The notes below the pieces were generated by a model. It was not told the DNA's origin. It searched no databases and saw only the letters and a program-made list of their open reading frames with translations. Shown here piece by piece: positions 9,491 to 19,293 of a stretch of DNA of 64,000 nt. The stretch's first letter is position 1. Each line of letters begins with the position of its first letter. This DNA is from Chloroflexota bacterium (lineage in GTDB: Bacteria > Chloroflexota > Dehalococcoidia > JACVQG01 > JAHKAY01), in the NCBI GenBank assembly GCA_018825785.1, contig JAHKAY010000029.1, positions 4,143 through 68,142 of the forward strand, read 5' to 3'. Both the position numbers and the translations under genes were made by a program.

Positions 9491-10245
9491 AGGTCCTGGG
9501 GGCCCACAACCTGACGGACGCCGGGAGGCGGCTGGTGGCCCTGAGGGTGGACGGGTGGCTGGGGGTGGATGCGGGAAGCCTTTCCTCCGGCCTCACCTTT
9601 GAGGAACAGCTTAAGATAAGGGCCGTCCTCCTCAGCCACCATCATTTTGACCACATCCGGGATATCTTCACCCTGGGGCTTTTCCGGGCCTACCAGGGCT
9701 ACATATCCCTTTATGCCACCGCTCCCACTCTCCAGGTGCTCACCTCCCTCCTGGATGGGCGGATATATCCCGACTTTCTCCACTGGCCCCCCGAGTCCCC
9801 GGTCTATCGCCCCTATACCCTGGAGCCCTACAAAACAATAGAGGTGGAGGACTATAAAGTCCTGCCCCTCCCCGTTCCCCACCCCGGCCCGGCGGTGGGC
9901 TTTGCCATTACCTCCCCCCAAGGGAGAAGCTTCTTCTACAGCGGAGACAGCGGGCCGGGGCTGGCTCAATGCTGGACCCACATCACCCCCGACCTTATGG
10001 TCCTAGAGATGACCGGCCCCAGCCGTCTTGAGGAGGTGATGCGCCGGTCGAGTCACCTCACCCCCGGGGTCCTGAAGGAAGAGCTGGTGGAGTTCCGCAA
10101 GCTCCACGGCTATCTGCCCCCGGTGGCCCTCCTCCATTACACCCCTTCCCTGGAGGAGGAGATACGGCGGGAGGTGGCGGAGCTGGCCAAGGAGCTGGGG
10201 GCCTCCATCTCCCTGGCCCAGGACGGGACCAGGCTCCAGGTCTAG
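9481..10245 (+). CDS. MBL-fold metallo-hydrolase
   Basis: HHHFDH motif (LLSHHHFDHIRD) with downstream His/Asp ligands. The ATG at 9481 overlaps the end of yhhQ. The ORF is open upstream in frame, but that part was rejected. Confidence 0.7.
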   Translation: MEVEVLGAHNLTDAGRRLVALRVDGWLGVDAGSLSSGLTFEEQLKIRAVLLSHHHFDHIRDIFTLGLFRAYQGYISLYATAPTLQVLTSLLDGRIYPDFLHWPPESPVYRPYTLEPYKTIEVEDYKVLPLPVPHPGPAVGFAITSPQGRSFFYSGDSGPGLAQCWTHITPDLMVLEMTGPSRLEEVMRRSSHLTPGVLKEELVEFRKLHGYLPPVALLHYTPSLEEEIRREVAELAKELGASISLAQDGTRLQV

Positions 10246-10264
10246 CCCCTTTCAGGCTGTCCCC

Positions 10265-10759
10265 ATGAAGTTCCTGGTGGATATGAACGTAGGGAAGCTG
10301 GCCCGCTTGCTTCGCATGATGGGCTATGATGCCTTCCTCTTCCAGGGGCACGATGATGGGGCCCTGGTAAAGCGGGCCCTGGCGGAAGGAAGGGTGGTGC
10401 TGACCAAGGACGGCCAGGTCTTTCAGCGCCGCCTGGTGAGGCTGGGGAGGCTGAAGGCCTTAAAGATTGAGGGGGAAGACCCGTTCCTCCAGCTCCGCCA
10501 GGTGGTGGAGGCCTTCCGCCTGAAATACGACTACGACCCCTTCTCTCTCTGTCTTGAGTGCAACGTGCCCCTGGAGCCCAGGGCGAAGGAGGAGGTAAAG
10601 GGCTTGGTCCCCCCTTTCGTCTACGAGAGCCAGGAGGAGTTCCGCCAGTGCCCGGCCTGCAAGCGCCTCTACTGGCGGGGGACCCACTGGCAGCACATGG
10701 GCCGGGTCCTCCGGGGGCTGGAAGGGAAACCCCAGTCCTCAGAGCGGGAAGCTCGGTAG
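10265..10759 (+). CDS. Mut7-C RNase domain protein (PF01927-like)
   Basis: N-terminal VDMNVGKLARLLRMMGYDA and a C-terminal Cys cluster (CLECNVPL ... CPACKRLYWRGTHW), typical of the Mut7-C fold. Confidence 0.65.
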   Translation: MKFLVDMNVGKLARLLRMMGYDAFLFQGHDDGALVKRALAEGRVVLTKDGQVFQRRLVRLGRLKALKIEGEDPFLQLRQVVEAFRLKYDYDPFSLCLECNVPLEPRAKEEVKGLVPPFVYESQEEFRQCPACKRLYWRGTHWQHMGRVLRGLEGKPQSSEREAR

Positions 10760-10829
10760 CATACCCTCCTTTCCTTAGATTATAATAGGGGCGCCCATCC
10801 GGCTCATCTTCTCTGGAGGTGGCGAGGCC

Positions 10830-12050
10830 TTGCCCGAGTCCTTTGCGTTGGATTTCGTCATAGTGGTAGCCGCTGCGCTGTTGGGCGGCATCGTTGCCCG
10901 CAGCGTAAGGCTGCCAGCAATGGTCGGCTTCCTTCTCGCCGGCATCGCTGTCGGCCCGTACACCCCAGGCCCTGTTACCAGTCTGGAGAGGGTCAATCTG
11001 GTGGCCACTTTGGGCGTCGCCTTTCTTATGTTCGCCCTGGGCGCTCAGTTCCACCTTTCCAAGCTGCGCCGTTACCTCGGGTTGACCGTGTTCGGGGCCA
11101 CAATACAGGTGGTCCTGACAGCCGGGCTTACCATCCTCATAGCTTGGCCGTTCCACCTCCCTATCTGGCAGGCTGCCCTGTTCGGCATCTTCATCTCCAT
11201 GTCCAGCACGGTAGTGCTGGCTAAGTTACTAGAGGACCGGGGCATGCTGGACTCTCTCTACGGCAAGATGGCCCTCTCTATTGCCCTGGGGCAGGACCTT
11301 CTCTCGGTGCCCATGATCGCTCTGCTGCCATTTCTAGGGCAGGAGCTGCAGGTTGCGGTCCCCTCCATTGCGTTGGTGCTGGGAAGGGCGGTAGCCATCA
11401 TAGCCGTGGCCTATCTGGTCGGGCTCTACCTTCTGCCGTGGCTACTGGACCGGGTGGCTGCTCAGGCGCGGGAGCTATTCCTGTTGAGCGTGGTGCTTAT
11501 CGCCGTGGGAGTGGCGATGCTTTTGGAGCAGCTGGGGGTGTCCTTTATTCTAGGAGCCTTCATCGCCGGCCTGGTGATCGCCGACTCCCGCTATAGTGGG
11601 CGGATACTAGCGGAAGCGGTCCCGCTGCGAGATATCTTTGCCCCGTTCTTTTTCGTCTCGGTGGGTATGCTTTTTGACTTGCGTTTCGTGGGGGCGAACC
11701 TGGGGCTTGTGGCACTGACCGTCATCCTTGTCATTCTGGGGAAGCTGCTGATAATAACTGCCGTCGCCTTGCTCTTCCGCTATCCCGCCAGGAGCGCTCT
11801 ACTGGCCGGCTTTGCCCTGGCCCAGGTCGGCGAGTTCTCTTTTGTATTGGCTCAGCTCGCCCTCACCCAAGGTGTTATCCAGCATAACCTCTTCTCGCTG
11901 GTCATCGCCTGTGCTCTAGTCTCTATCTTTGTGAGCCCGCTGCTGATGGCGATGGCAGGCCCAACGGCGGGCTTCCTGGAGCGTATACCTGTCCTGGGAA
12001 GGGCCTTCCGGGGGCTGGAGGGGGTGAACGAGGCCCCCCCCAAATCGTGA
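10830..12050 (+). CDS. monovalent cation:proton antiporter (CPA2/Kef-type)
   Basis: 406 aa with about 12 transmembrane segments and the CPA2 family pattern. TTG start with the SD ggaggtgg 8 nt upstream. Confidence 0.8.
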   Translation: MPESFALDFVIVVAAALLGGIVARSVRLPAMVGFLLAGIAVGPYTPGPVTSLERVNLVATLGVAFLMFALGAQFHLSKLRRYLGLTVFGATIQVVLTAGLTILIAWPFHLPIWQAALFGIFISMSSTVVLAKLLEDRGMLDSLYGKMALSIALGQDLLSVPMIALLPFLGQELQVAVPSIALVLGRAVAIIAVAYLVGLYLLPWLLDRVAAQARELFLLSVVLIAVGVAMLLEQLGVSFILGAFIAGLVIADSRYSGRILAEAVPLRDIFAPFFFVSVGMLFDLRFVGANLGLVALTVILVILGKLLIITAVALLFRYPARSALLAGFALAQVGEFSFVLAQLALTQGVIQHNLFSLVIACALVSIFVSPLLMAMAGPTAGFLERIPVLGRAFRGLEGVNEAPPKS

Positions 12051-12162
12051 GCGGCTCCACCTTCCTCCACGGGTCCGAATGCTCCCCAGACCAATGGAAT
12101 GGCCCCCCCTTCTTAACCTCCCAGTCTAACATCATAACTGGGCTGGATTTTGGGGGCAGGTC

Positions 12163-12567
12163 ATGGTACGCTATAAGCGTGGATGCGCTTATACGGAGCA
12201 AGCAGATATGCGTGAATTGGTGAAGACTTTCAAGGCCCTCTCGGACGAGACCAGGCTCAGGATACTGAACCTGCTCTTGGAGAGGGAATGCTGTGTCTGT
12301 GAGGTAATGCAGGCTTTGGACATCTCGCAGACGAGGGCTTCCAGGAACCTCAGTGCCTTGTATGACGCTGGTTTCTTGAAGCTCAGGAAGGATGGCCTGT
12401 GGTCGCTGTACTCGATAGACCCGGAGGGAATGAAAGCACATCGCTGCGACCTGGTCGGGGCTATGAGGAAGGCGCTAGAGGGCAACGAAGTGATGACCCT
12501 GGACAGGGAGCGCCTCAAGAGGGCTGAGCGCGTTGGGCCTGGTTGTGTCCGGCAGACGGCGAGGTAA
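12163..12567 (+). CDS. arsR: ArsR/SmtB family transcriptional repressor (As(III)-sensing CxC site)
   Basis: HTH ETRLRILNLLLERECCVCEVMQALDISQTRASRNLSALYDAGF with the ECCVCE metal site. An alternative start is the ATG at 12208. Confidence 0.8.
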   Translation: MVRYKRGCAYTEQADMRELVKTFKALSDETRLRILNLLLERECCVCEVMQALDISQTRASRNLSALYDAGFLKLRKDGLWSLYSIDPEGMKAHRCDLVGAMRKALEGNEVMTLDRERLKRAERVGPGCVRQTAR

Positions 12568-12682
12568 GGCCTCTCTTTTTTTGTGCAGGCGCATGCGTTA
12601 GTGAGCATATAGGGAAGGGGCTATCGCAGGGATGGTGGTGCCATGCTTGTTGATGAGACGGCTACGAAAAAGGAGGCACATA

Positions 12683-12847
12683 ATGCTCGAAATAGGGAAG
12701 AAGGCTGTTTCCCTGAACGAGAGCGACCTACTTGAATTAACAAGGATTGTGACCGACGCGGACGAGAGAGCCCCTCGGGTTCCTCAAGAAGGCTATCTAC
12801 GACCGCGTCGTCCGCAGTCAACGAGGCAGGCTGAAGTCACATCTTGA
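12683..12847 (+). CDS. small hypothetical protein (LNESDLLELTRI motif) inside the ars operon
   Basis: 54-aa ORF preceded by the strong SD aaaaaggagg. It shares the xNExDLxELxRIxxDxD motif with the ORF at 3007-3189. Confidence 0.4.
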   Translation: MLEIGKKAVSLNESDLLELTRIVTDADERAPRVPQEGYLRPRRPQSTRQAEVTS

Positions 12848-12931
12848 CGGCGCTAGTCCTGTCGAGGGGTTTATTCAGCGTAACAAACAGTAGCTGAAAG
12901 GCAATCAATTCATAGAAAGGGGGAGCGTGCT

Positions 12932-13705
12932 ATGAAGGGCGACAAAATCAAGAAAGCTGTAAAACATCACTACTCGCGAATAGCAGAGCAGAGCGGGCGG
13001 ACATCATGTTGCGCCACTGGCTGCTGTGGCGAAGTGTCCCCATTGGCTGAAGCCGTGGCTGCGGGTTACAGCAAAGAAGATTTGGAACACATTCCGCAAG
13101 AAGCAATCATGGGGCTGGGGTGCGGGAATCCTGCCGCCTGCGCTGAGTTGAAGCCTGGAGAAACCGTACTCGATTTGGGGTCGGGTGGTGGTATTGACGT
13201 CTTCCTGGCCGCCATCAAAGTGGGACCTCAGGGAAAGGCCATCGGTATTGATATGACGGAGCAGATGGTTGATAAAGCTAACCGTTTAGCCAGAGAAAAG
13301 GGCTACCAGAATGTCGAGTTCCGGCTGGGCGAGATTGAGAAACTTCCCATCTCTGATAGTTCGGTGGATACCATCATCAGCAACTGTGTCATAAACCTAT
13401 CCGCAGATAAGTCCAAGGTCTTTCGCGAGGCATACAGGGTGCTCAAGCCAGGCGGCAAGCTGGTTGTCTCAGATATTGTCTCTGAGCGGCCACTCCCTCG
13501 AAAGATGCAGGATGACCTTGTTTCCTGGTCGCAATGCGTTTCCGGAGCTCTGGAAAGGAACGAATACCTGAGCACAATAGTGAAGGCAGGTTTCAGTGAG
13601 CCGACAATTATCTCTCAGCGCGAGTTCTACGTAGAAACCGGCATGAAGAAATTAGGGAGACTATTCAGCATAATTGTAAGAGCCAACAAGAAGAGCAATG
13701 AATGA
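12932..13705 (+). CDS. arsM: arsenite S-adenosylmethionine methyltransferase
   Basis: SAM motif [11 protein letters not shown] plus the conserved Cys pairs ([16 protein letters not shown]) and a C-terminal Cys, characteristic of ArsM. Confidence 0.85.
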   Translation: MKGDKIKKAVKHHYSRIAEQSGRTSCCATGCCGEVSPLAEAVAAGYSKEDLEHIPQEAIMGLGCGNPAACAELKPGETVLDLGSGGGIDVFLAAIKVGPQGKAIGIDMTEQMVDKANRLAREKGYQNVEFRLGEIEKLPISDSSVDTIISNCVINLSADKSKVFREAYRVLKPGGKLVVSDIVSERPLPRKMQDDLVSWSQCVSGALERNEYLSTIVKAGFSEPTIISQREFYVETGMKKLGRLFSIIVRANKKSNE

Positions 13706-14777
13706 GGCTAGTTCTAAAGGCATTGTTGGCAGACTGCCCCTATTAGACCGATTTCTCACCCTCTGGATATTCCTGGCGATGGTCTTGGGGGTAGGACTGG
13801 GATACTTTGTCCCCAGGGTCGCCGACTTCATCAGCTATTTCCAGGTGGATACGACTTCTATCCCAATAGCCATAGGGCTCATCCTGATGATGTATCCCCC
13901 CCTGGCCAAGGTCAGGTATGAGGAATTGGGTAAAGTATTCCGCAACTGGCGTGTGCTGGGGCTGTCGCTGATTCAGAACTGGCTCATCGGCCCGGTGCTC
14001 ATGTTCTTTCTGGCTATCATCTTCCTACGGGCTTATCCCGACTACATGCAGGGACTCATCATGATCGGCTTGGCCCGCTGCATTGCCATGGTCATAGTGT
14101 GGAACGAGCTCGCCAAGGGAGATACAGACTATGCCGCCGGGCTGGTGGCCTTCAACTCTATCTTTCAGATAGTCTTCTACTCTGTGTACGCCTATGTCTT
14201 CATAACAGTGCTGCCGGAATGGTTCGGTCTGGAGGGCACAGCGGTGGACGTTACTATCGGGCAGATAGCTTCGAGTGTGTTCATCTATCTGGGAATCCCT
14301 TTCTTCGGGGGCATGATTACACGCTTTGCCCTTATCAAAAGGAAGGGGCGGCAGTGGTATGAGAGGAAGTTCATTCCCAAGATAAGCCCTGTTACTCTTC
14401 TTGCCCTCCTTTTCACCATCGTGGTCATGTTCTCGCTGAAGGGGGAATTCATCGTGGGTCTGCCCCTGGATGTGGTCCGTATTGCTCTCCCACTCCTCAT
14501 CTACTTCGTCGTCATGTTTCTTGTCTCTTTCTATATGGGCAAGAGGATCGGGGCTGGCTATCCCCGGACAGCAAGCATCGCCTTCACCGCTGCCAGCAAC
14601 AACTTTGAGCTGGCCATTGCCGTGGCGGTAGCAGTGTTCGGCATCGGCTCCGGTCAGGCCTTTGCTGCCGTAATCGGGCCCCTGGTGGAGGTGCCGGTGC
14701 TTGTCAGCCTTGTAAGCGTTGCCCTCGCCTTCCAGCGGAGGTATTTCCAGCCGGCTGCTCAGGGCAAGGAGCGGTAG
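13698..14777 (+). CDS. acr3: arsenite efflux transporter, ACR3 family
   Basis: 359 aa, 10 transmembrane segments, with the ACR3/ArsB (BART superfamily) sequence pattern. Overlaps arsM by 8 nt. Confidence 0.88.
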   Translation: MNEASSKGIVGRLPLLDRFLTLWIFLAMVLGVGLGYFVPRVADFISYFQVDTTSIPIAIGLILMMYPPLAKVRYEELGKVFRNWRVLGLSLIQNWLIGPVLMFFLAIIFLRAYPDYMQGLIMIGLARCIAMVIVWNELAKGDTDYAAGLVAFNSIFQIVFYSVYAYVFITVLPEWFGLEGTAVDVTIGQIASSVFIYLGIPFFGGMITRFALIKRKGRQWYERKFIPKISPVTLLALLFTIVVMFSLKGEFIVGLPLDVVRIALPLLIYFVVMFLVSFYMGKRIGAGYPRTASIAFTAASNNFELAIAVAVAVFGIGSGQAFAAVIGPLVEVPVLVSLVSVALAFQRRYFQPAAQGKER

Positions 14778-15586
14778 GTCTGCTGGAGGAGGAGGGCGTC
14801 CTCCTCCAGGTTGGGGCTCTCGCAGATGATGGTCCCGCTGGCTTTGGAGTCCTTCAGGGCCCGCAGGAGCTCTTCATAGCGCAGGTCAGCCTCCTTCAGG
14901 TTCAGGTGCTTCCTCTCCCCGGCCTGGCTGTATTCAATGCCGGAGAGATGGATATGCAGCTTCTCCAGGCCCCGCCTCCCCAGCCTGGACTCCACCTGCT
15001 TGAGGATGAGGAGGAACTCATCATAGGTGTTGTTCTTCCCGTGGCGGGCATGCCAGTGGGAGAAGTCCAGGGTGGGCAGGACCCCCTCGATTTCCGCCGA
15101 GAGGGAGAGGACCTCCTCCAGGTTGCCGAACTGGGTGTCCCTGCCCATCACCTCGGGGCGGATGAGGATTGGGTTTCCCTCCCGGCGCAGGGTGGCCACG
15201 ATTTTCTCCAGGCTCCCCTTCACCCGCTGGTAGACCGTCTGGGGGGGGTCGCCCAGATAGAAGGCGGTGTGGGCCACCACGCTCTCCGCCCCGCAGAGCG
15301 CCCCGATGCGGGCCGACTGCAGGATGCGGGCCTCGCTGGCGGAAAGCTTCTCCGGCTCGTGGGCGTTGAGGTTGATGAAATAGGGGGCATGGCAGGAGAG
15401 ACGCACCCCCAGACTCCGGGCCACCTCCGCCGCCTGGAGGGCGGTCCTCTCCCCCATCTTCACCCCCTGGACAAACTGGATCTCCATGCAGTCCAGGCCC
15501 AGCTCCCTTATCCTCTCAATCCCCGCCTGGGTCGTGGGGGAGTGGGACGAATGGGGGGTGCCCGCGGTGCCAAAGAGAAGGGCCAC
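14759..15586 (-). CDS. TIM-barrel endonuclease IV-like (Nfo/xylose-isomerase-like fold) protein
   Basis: 275 aa with His/Glu metal ligands ([16 protein letters not shown]). Convergent with acr3, with a 19-nt overlap. Confidence 0.6.
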   Translation of the reverse strand: MALLFGTAGTPHSSHSPTTQAGIERIRELGLDCMEIQFVQGVKMGERTALQAAEVARSLGVRLSCHAPYFINLNAHEPEKLSASEARILQSARIGALCGAESVVAHTAFYLGDPPQTVYQRVKGSLEKIVATLRREGNPILIRPEVMGRDTQFGNLEEVLSLSAEIEGVLPTLDFSHWHARHGKNNTYDEFLLILKQVESRLGRRGLEKLHIHLSGIEYSQAGERKHLNLKEADLRYEELLRALKDSKASGTIICESPNLEEDALLLQQTYRSLP

Positions 15587-15675
15587 GGGATAATTCTAGA
15601 CGATTCCCGATAGCCCCGGCAACCGTCTTCTTCTGCCAGGGAAGATTACATGGTGAAAGGTTGTGCCTGCCAATA

Positions 15676-15834
15676 TTAGGTAGGAGAACGAACGGAGCCC
15701 CGCGGGTCTAAGGCGTCCCGGAGGGCATCGCCCAACAGCGCAAAGCTCAAAACGGTGATGGCCAAGGCAAGGCCGGGCAAGACCGTCAGGGTGAGGCCTA
15801 TGCCGGCCAGCACAGCCCGCATGAGTGAGACCAT
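15676..15834 (-). pseudogene. remnant of an ABC peptide-permease (DppC/OppC-like) C-terminus
   Basis: Minus-strand translation gives MVSLMRAVLAGIGLTLTVLPGLALAITVLSFALLGDALRDALDPRGSVRSPT*, the signature C-terminus of DppC/OppC permeases. No upstream ORF is present. Confidence 0.45.
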
Positions 15835-15993
15835 CTTGCTCTTCAAGTGATACCCGCCGACACGAATCCTACTACGCTGATCTGCCGTCAGGCAAAGGCC
15901 TGCCGTATTTTTCCTTGACCCTTAGGGCTGAAGGTGATAGCATTGTCTGGTTAACCCCCCAGCCGGGCAAAAATAGCCAGGGGGTGAAAGTTG

Positions 15994-17514
15994 ATGCAGA
16001 TACTGTTAGTGGCAATAGCCTCCCTGGTGGCAGGGGGGCTACTCAGTTACCTCCTCCTCCAGTTCCTGGACCTCAGGAAGAAGAAGGCGGCGGAGAAGCA
16101 GGCCGAGGAGATCCTGGCCCGGGCCAGGGCCCGGGATAGGGAGTCCCTTCTAGAGGCCAAGGAGGAGGGTATCCGCCTGCGCACCCAGGCGGAGGCGGAA
16201 TACCGGGAGCGACGCGCGGAGCTAGGCCGAACGGAGCGGAGGGCCTCCCAGAAGGAGGAGACCCTGGAGCGCCGCCGGGAGGGCCTGGACCGCCGGGACC
16301 GCCAGCTTCAGGACCGGGAAAAGGAAATCCAGAGCCTCAAGAACCAGATAGAGGACGTCAAGAAGAAACACACACAGGAGCTTGAGGCCGTGGCGGGACT
16401 TACCGGCCAGGAGGCCAGGGCCATCCTTCTGAAGGAGCTGGAAGGAGAGGTCCGGGAGGAGGCCTCCCGAAAGGTGCGGCAGTGGGAGGTGGAGGCGAGG
16501 GCCGATGGCGAGGCCCGTGCCCGGGAGGTGCTGGCCCAGGCCCTTCAGCGGTGTGCCCAGGATGTGGTCGGCGAGACCACGGTCTCGGTGGTGGTCCTGC
16601 CCAGCGACGAGATGAAAGGCAGGCTCATTGGCCGGGAGGGGCGCAATATCCGGGCCCTGGAACAGGCCACTGGGGTAGAACTCATCATTGATGATACCCC
16701 CGAGGCCGTAGCCCTCTCCAGCTTTGACCCCGTAAGGCGGGAGGTAGCCCGAATTGCCCTGGAGAGGCTCATCCGGGACGGCCGCATCCACCCCGCCCGC
16801 ATTGAGGAAATAGTGGAAAAGGCCAGGGCCGAGGTGGAGCAGTCCATGGTGGCTGCCGGGGAAGAGGCGGTGGTCAAGGCAGGGGTCCCGGGTCTTCACC
16901 CCGAGCTGGTGAAGCTCCTGGGCAGGCTAAAATACCGCACCAGCTACGGCCAGAATGTCCTGGCCCATAGCCTGGAGGTAGCCAACCTGGCAGGGCTCAT
17001 AGCTGCAGAGATCGGGGCCGATGGGAGGCTGGCCAGGAAAGCCGGCCTCCTCCATGACATTGGCAAGGCAGTGGACCATGAGGTGGAGGGGACCCATGCG
17101 CTGATAGGGGCCCGGCTGGTAGAGCAGTGGGACCGCTCCCCTCAGGTTGTCCAGGGCATTGCCCAGCACCACGGCGAGTCCGACACCACCTCGGTGGAGG
17201 GCTTCATTGTGGCTGCCGCCGATGCCCTCTCCGGGGGCCGCCCCGGGGCCAGGGCAGAGTCGGTGGAGAGATACCTCCAGCGCATCAAGGCCCTGGAGGA
17301 CATCGCCAGGAGCCTCCCCGGTGTGGCCGAGGCCTTTGCCATCCAGGCCGGACGGGAGGTCAGGATTATGGTGAAGCCCGAGGCGGTGGACGACCTGGGG
17401 GCCATGAGGCTGGCCAGGGACATCGCCAAGAAGATTGAGGAGGGCCTGGAATACCCCGGCCAGATAAAGGTCACCGTCATCCGGGAGACCCGGGCTGTGG
17501 ACGTCGCCAAATAG
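15994..17514 (+). CDS. rny: ribonuclease Y
   Basis: N-terminal transmembrane helix, coiled-coil, KH domain and HD domain ([22 protein letters not shown]). SD aggggg upstream. Confidence 0.95.
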   Translation: MQILLVAIASLVAGGLLSYLLLQFLDLRKKKAAEKQAEEILARARARDRESLLEAKEEGIRLRTQAEAEYRERRAELGRTERRASQKEETLERRREGLDRRDRQLQDREKEIQSLKNQIEDVKKKHTQELEAVAGLTGQEARAILLKELEGEVREEASRKVRQWEVEARADGEARAREVLAQALQRCAQDVVGETTVSVVVLPSDEMKGRLIGREGRNIRALEQATGVELIIDDTPEAVALSSFDPVRREVARIALERLIRDGRIHPARIEEIVEKARAEVEQSMVAAGEEAVVKAGVPGLHPELVKLLGRLKYRTSYGQNVLAHSLEVANLAGLIAAEIGADGRLARKAGLLHDIGKAVDHEVEGTHALIGARLVEQWDRSPQVVQGIAQHHGESDTTSVEGFIVAAADALSGGRPGARAESVERYLQRIKALEDIARSLPGVAEAFAIQAGREVRIMVKPEAVDDLGAMRLARDIAKKIEEGLEYPGQIKVTVIRETRAVDVAK

Positions 17515-17520
17515 TAGATA

Positions 17521-17614
17521 CCCCATGAAGAATTCGCTTCGCTCTTTTGCATGGAGGCCCCGAAGATTGTGGCGGCCAAACTGGGGCCCCCTGAAAAACA
17601 GCGTTTTTCAGGGG
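17521..17614 (+). repeat. two-hairpin intergenic element, copy 2 (hairpin 1 at 17521-17555, hairpin 2 at 17587-17614)
   Basis: Same architecture as 8775-8867 with identical 12-bp stem arms cccctgaaaaac/gtttttcagggg. The 3' arm overlaps the Shine-Dalgarno of ymdB (ATG at 17624). Confidence 0.6.
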
Positions 17615-17623
17615 TAGGACTTC

Positions 17624-18400
17624 ATGCGCCTCTTGATGGTGGGGGATGTGGTGGGCCGCCCCGGCCGGAGGGCACTCGGGCTGGTCTTGCCCCGGCTCCG
17701 GCAGGAATACGGGCTGGACCTGGTTATCGTCAATGGGGAAAATGTGGCCGGGGGGCAGGGACTCACCCCGGAGACGGCAGAGGAGCTCTTCGCCCTGGGG
17801 GTGGATGTCATAACCTCCGGCAATCATATCTGGGAACACAAGGAGATATATCCCTACCTGGGCGGCCAGCGGCCTGTCCTCAGGCCCCTCAACTATCCCC
17901 CCCAGGCCCCCGGGAGGGGCTATGTCATCCTGGAAAAGGCTATGGTGGTCAACCTGGTGGGCAGGACCTTTATGGGCAACTTTGACTGCCCCTTCCGGGG
18001 AATGGACCAGCTCCTGGCCCAGGAGAGAGACCACCCGCCAGTGGTTATCGTGGACTTCCATGCTGAGGCCACCTCGGAGAAGAATGCCATGGGCTGGTAT
18101 CTGGACGGGAGGGTGAGCGCCGTCCTCGGCACCCACACCCATGTGGGCACCATTGACTGGAGGGTCCTGCCCCGGGGCACGGCCTATGTTACCGATATTG
18201 GCATGACCGGTCCGATGGACTCGGTCATCGGGGTTGAGGTGGAAGCGGTCCTCCAGCGCTTTCTTACCCTTCTCCCCCATCGCCTCCCCGTGGGCAAGGG
18301 CCGGGTGACATTCAATGCCGTTCTAGTGGATATAGATGAGGCCTCGGGCAGGGCCCGAAAGATAGACCGAATCATCCGGGAGGTGGGGGACGAGGGCTGA
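17624..18400 (+). CDS. ymdB: YmdB-like 2',3'-cyclic-nucleotide phosphodiesterase (calcineurin-like metallophosphoesterase, TIGR00282)
   Basis: MRLLMVGDVVGRPGRRAL, GENVAGGQG and GNHIWE motifs. Forms the conserved rny-ymdB pair. Confidence 0.9.
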   Translation: MRLLMVGDVVGRPGRRALGLVLPRLRQEYGLDLVIVNGENVAGGQGLTPETAEELFALGVDVITSGNHIWEHKEIYPYLGGQRPVLRPLNYPPQAPGRGYVILEKAMVVNLVGRTFMGNFDCPFRGMDQLLAQERDHPPVVIVDFHAEATSEKNAMGWYLDGRVSAVLGTHTHVGTIDWRVLPRGTAYVTDIGMTGPMDSVIGVEVEAVLQRFLTLLPHRLPVGKGRVTFNAVLVDIDEASGRARKIDRIIREVGDEG

Positions 18401-19235
18401 CCTCCACCTCCATTCCACAGCGTCGGACGGGCGGCTGAGCCCCCGGGAAATAGTCCAGCAGGCCGCCAGGCTGGGGCTGGAGGTCATCGCCCTCACCGAC
18501 CACGATTCGGTATCCGGCATCGCCCCCGCCCAGGCGGAGGCAAAAATCTTCCCCGGCCTTCTCTTCATCCCCGGGGTGGAGGTGGCGACCCTCATCCCCA
18601 ACGGGGAGGTGCATATCCTGGGCTACTTCTTTGACCCCTCCCATCCTACCCTGGTATCTACCCTGGAGCGTCTGCGGCTTTCCCGGGTGGAGAGGGCGGG
18701 GAAGATTGTGGAAAAGCTCAAGGGCCTGGGCCTGCCTTTAAGCTGGGAGAGGATACTGGAGCTGTCCGGGGGCGAGTCCCTGGGCCGCCCCCATATCGCC
18801 CAGGCCATGGCGGAGAAGGGCTATGTCCCCGACATCCGACAGGCCTTCCTGCTGTATATCGGGCGGGGAAGGCCGGCCTATGTGGACAGGGACCACCTGA
18901 GCCCCGAGGAGGGTGTGCGGCTCATCCGCATCGCCGGGGGCCTGCCCGTCCTGGCCCATCCCCTGGATATTGGCGCAGTGCCCCTGGAGCCCATTCTCCG
19001 CCGGCTCAAGAGGCTGGGGCTGGTGGGGATGGAAGCCTACTACGGCGACTATACCCCTGAGAAGGTGGAGCATCTCGCTGGCCTGGCCAGAAAGCTGGGG
19101 CTTATCCCCCTGGGGGGCAGCGACTATCACGGCCTGGAGAAGGGCATTGATACCCCCCTGGGATCCGTGGACCTCCCCCGGGAAGCGGTGGACAGGCTCC
19201 TGGCCCTGGCCCCCCGCCCTTTGACGGCCAGATAA
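18399..19235 (+). CDS. PHP (polymerase/histidinol phosphatase) domain phosphoesterase; canonical start codon missing
   Basis: The conserved N-terminus DLHLHSTASDGRLSPREIVQQAARLGLEVIALTDHDS is encoded from 18399. The first in-frame ATG/GTG/TTG is only at 18576. Confidence 0.55.
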   Translation, partial: DLHLHSTASDGRLSPREIVQQAARLGLEVIALTDHDSVSGIAPAQAEAKIFPGLLFIPGVEVATLIPNGEVHILGYFFDPSHPTLVSTLERLRLSRVERAGKIVEKLKGLGLPLSWERILELSGGESLGRPHIAQAMAEKGYVPDIRQAFLLYIGRGRPAYVDRDHLSPEEGVRLIRIAGGLPVLAHPLDIGAVPLEPILRRLKRLGLVGMEAYYGDYTPEKVEHLAGLARKLGLIPLGGSDYHGLEKGIDTPLGSVDLPREAVDRLLALAPRPLTAR

Positions 19236-19293
19236 CGGGGTGTGGTGGGCTGTGAGCGTTCAGCGCCTGTCTTCGCCGGCTATACGCTGAACC

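Noticed and set aside
12632-12682. Longer 71-aa version of the small ars ORF starting at 12632
   Set aside because: The downstream ATG at 12683 has a near-consensus SD (aaaaaggagg) and matches the paralog's N-terminus. The upstream part is basic low-complexity.
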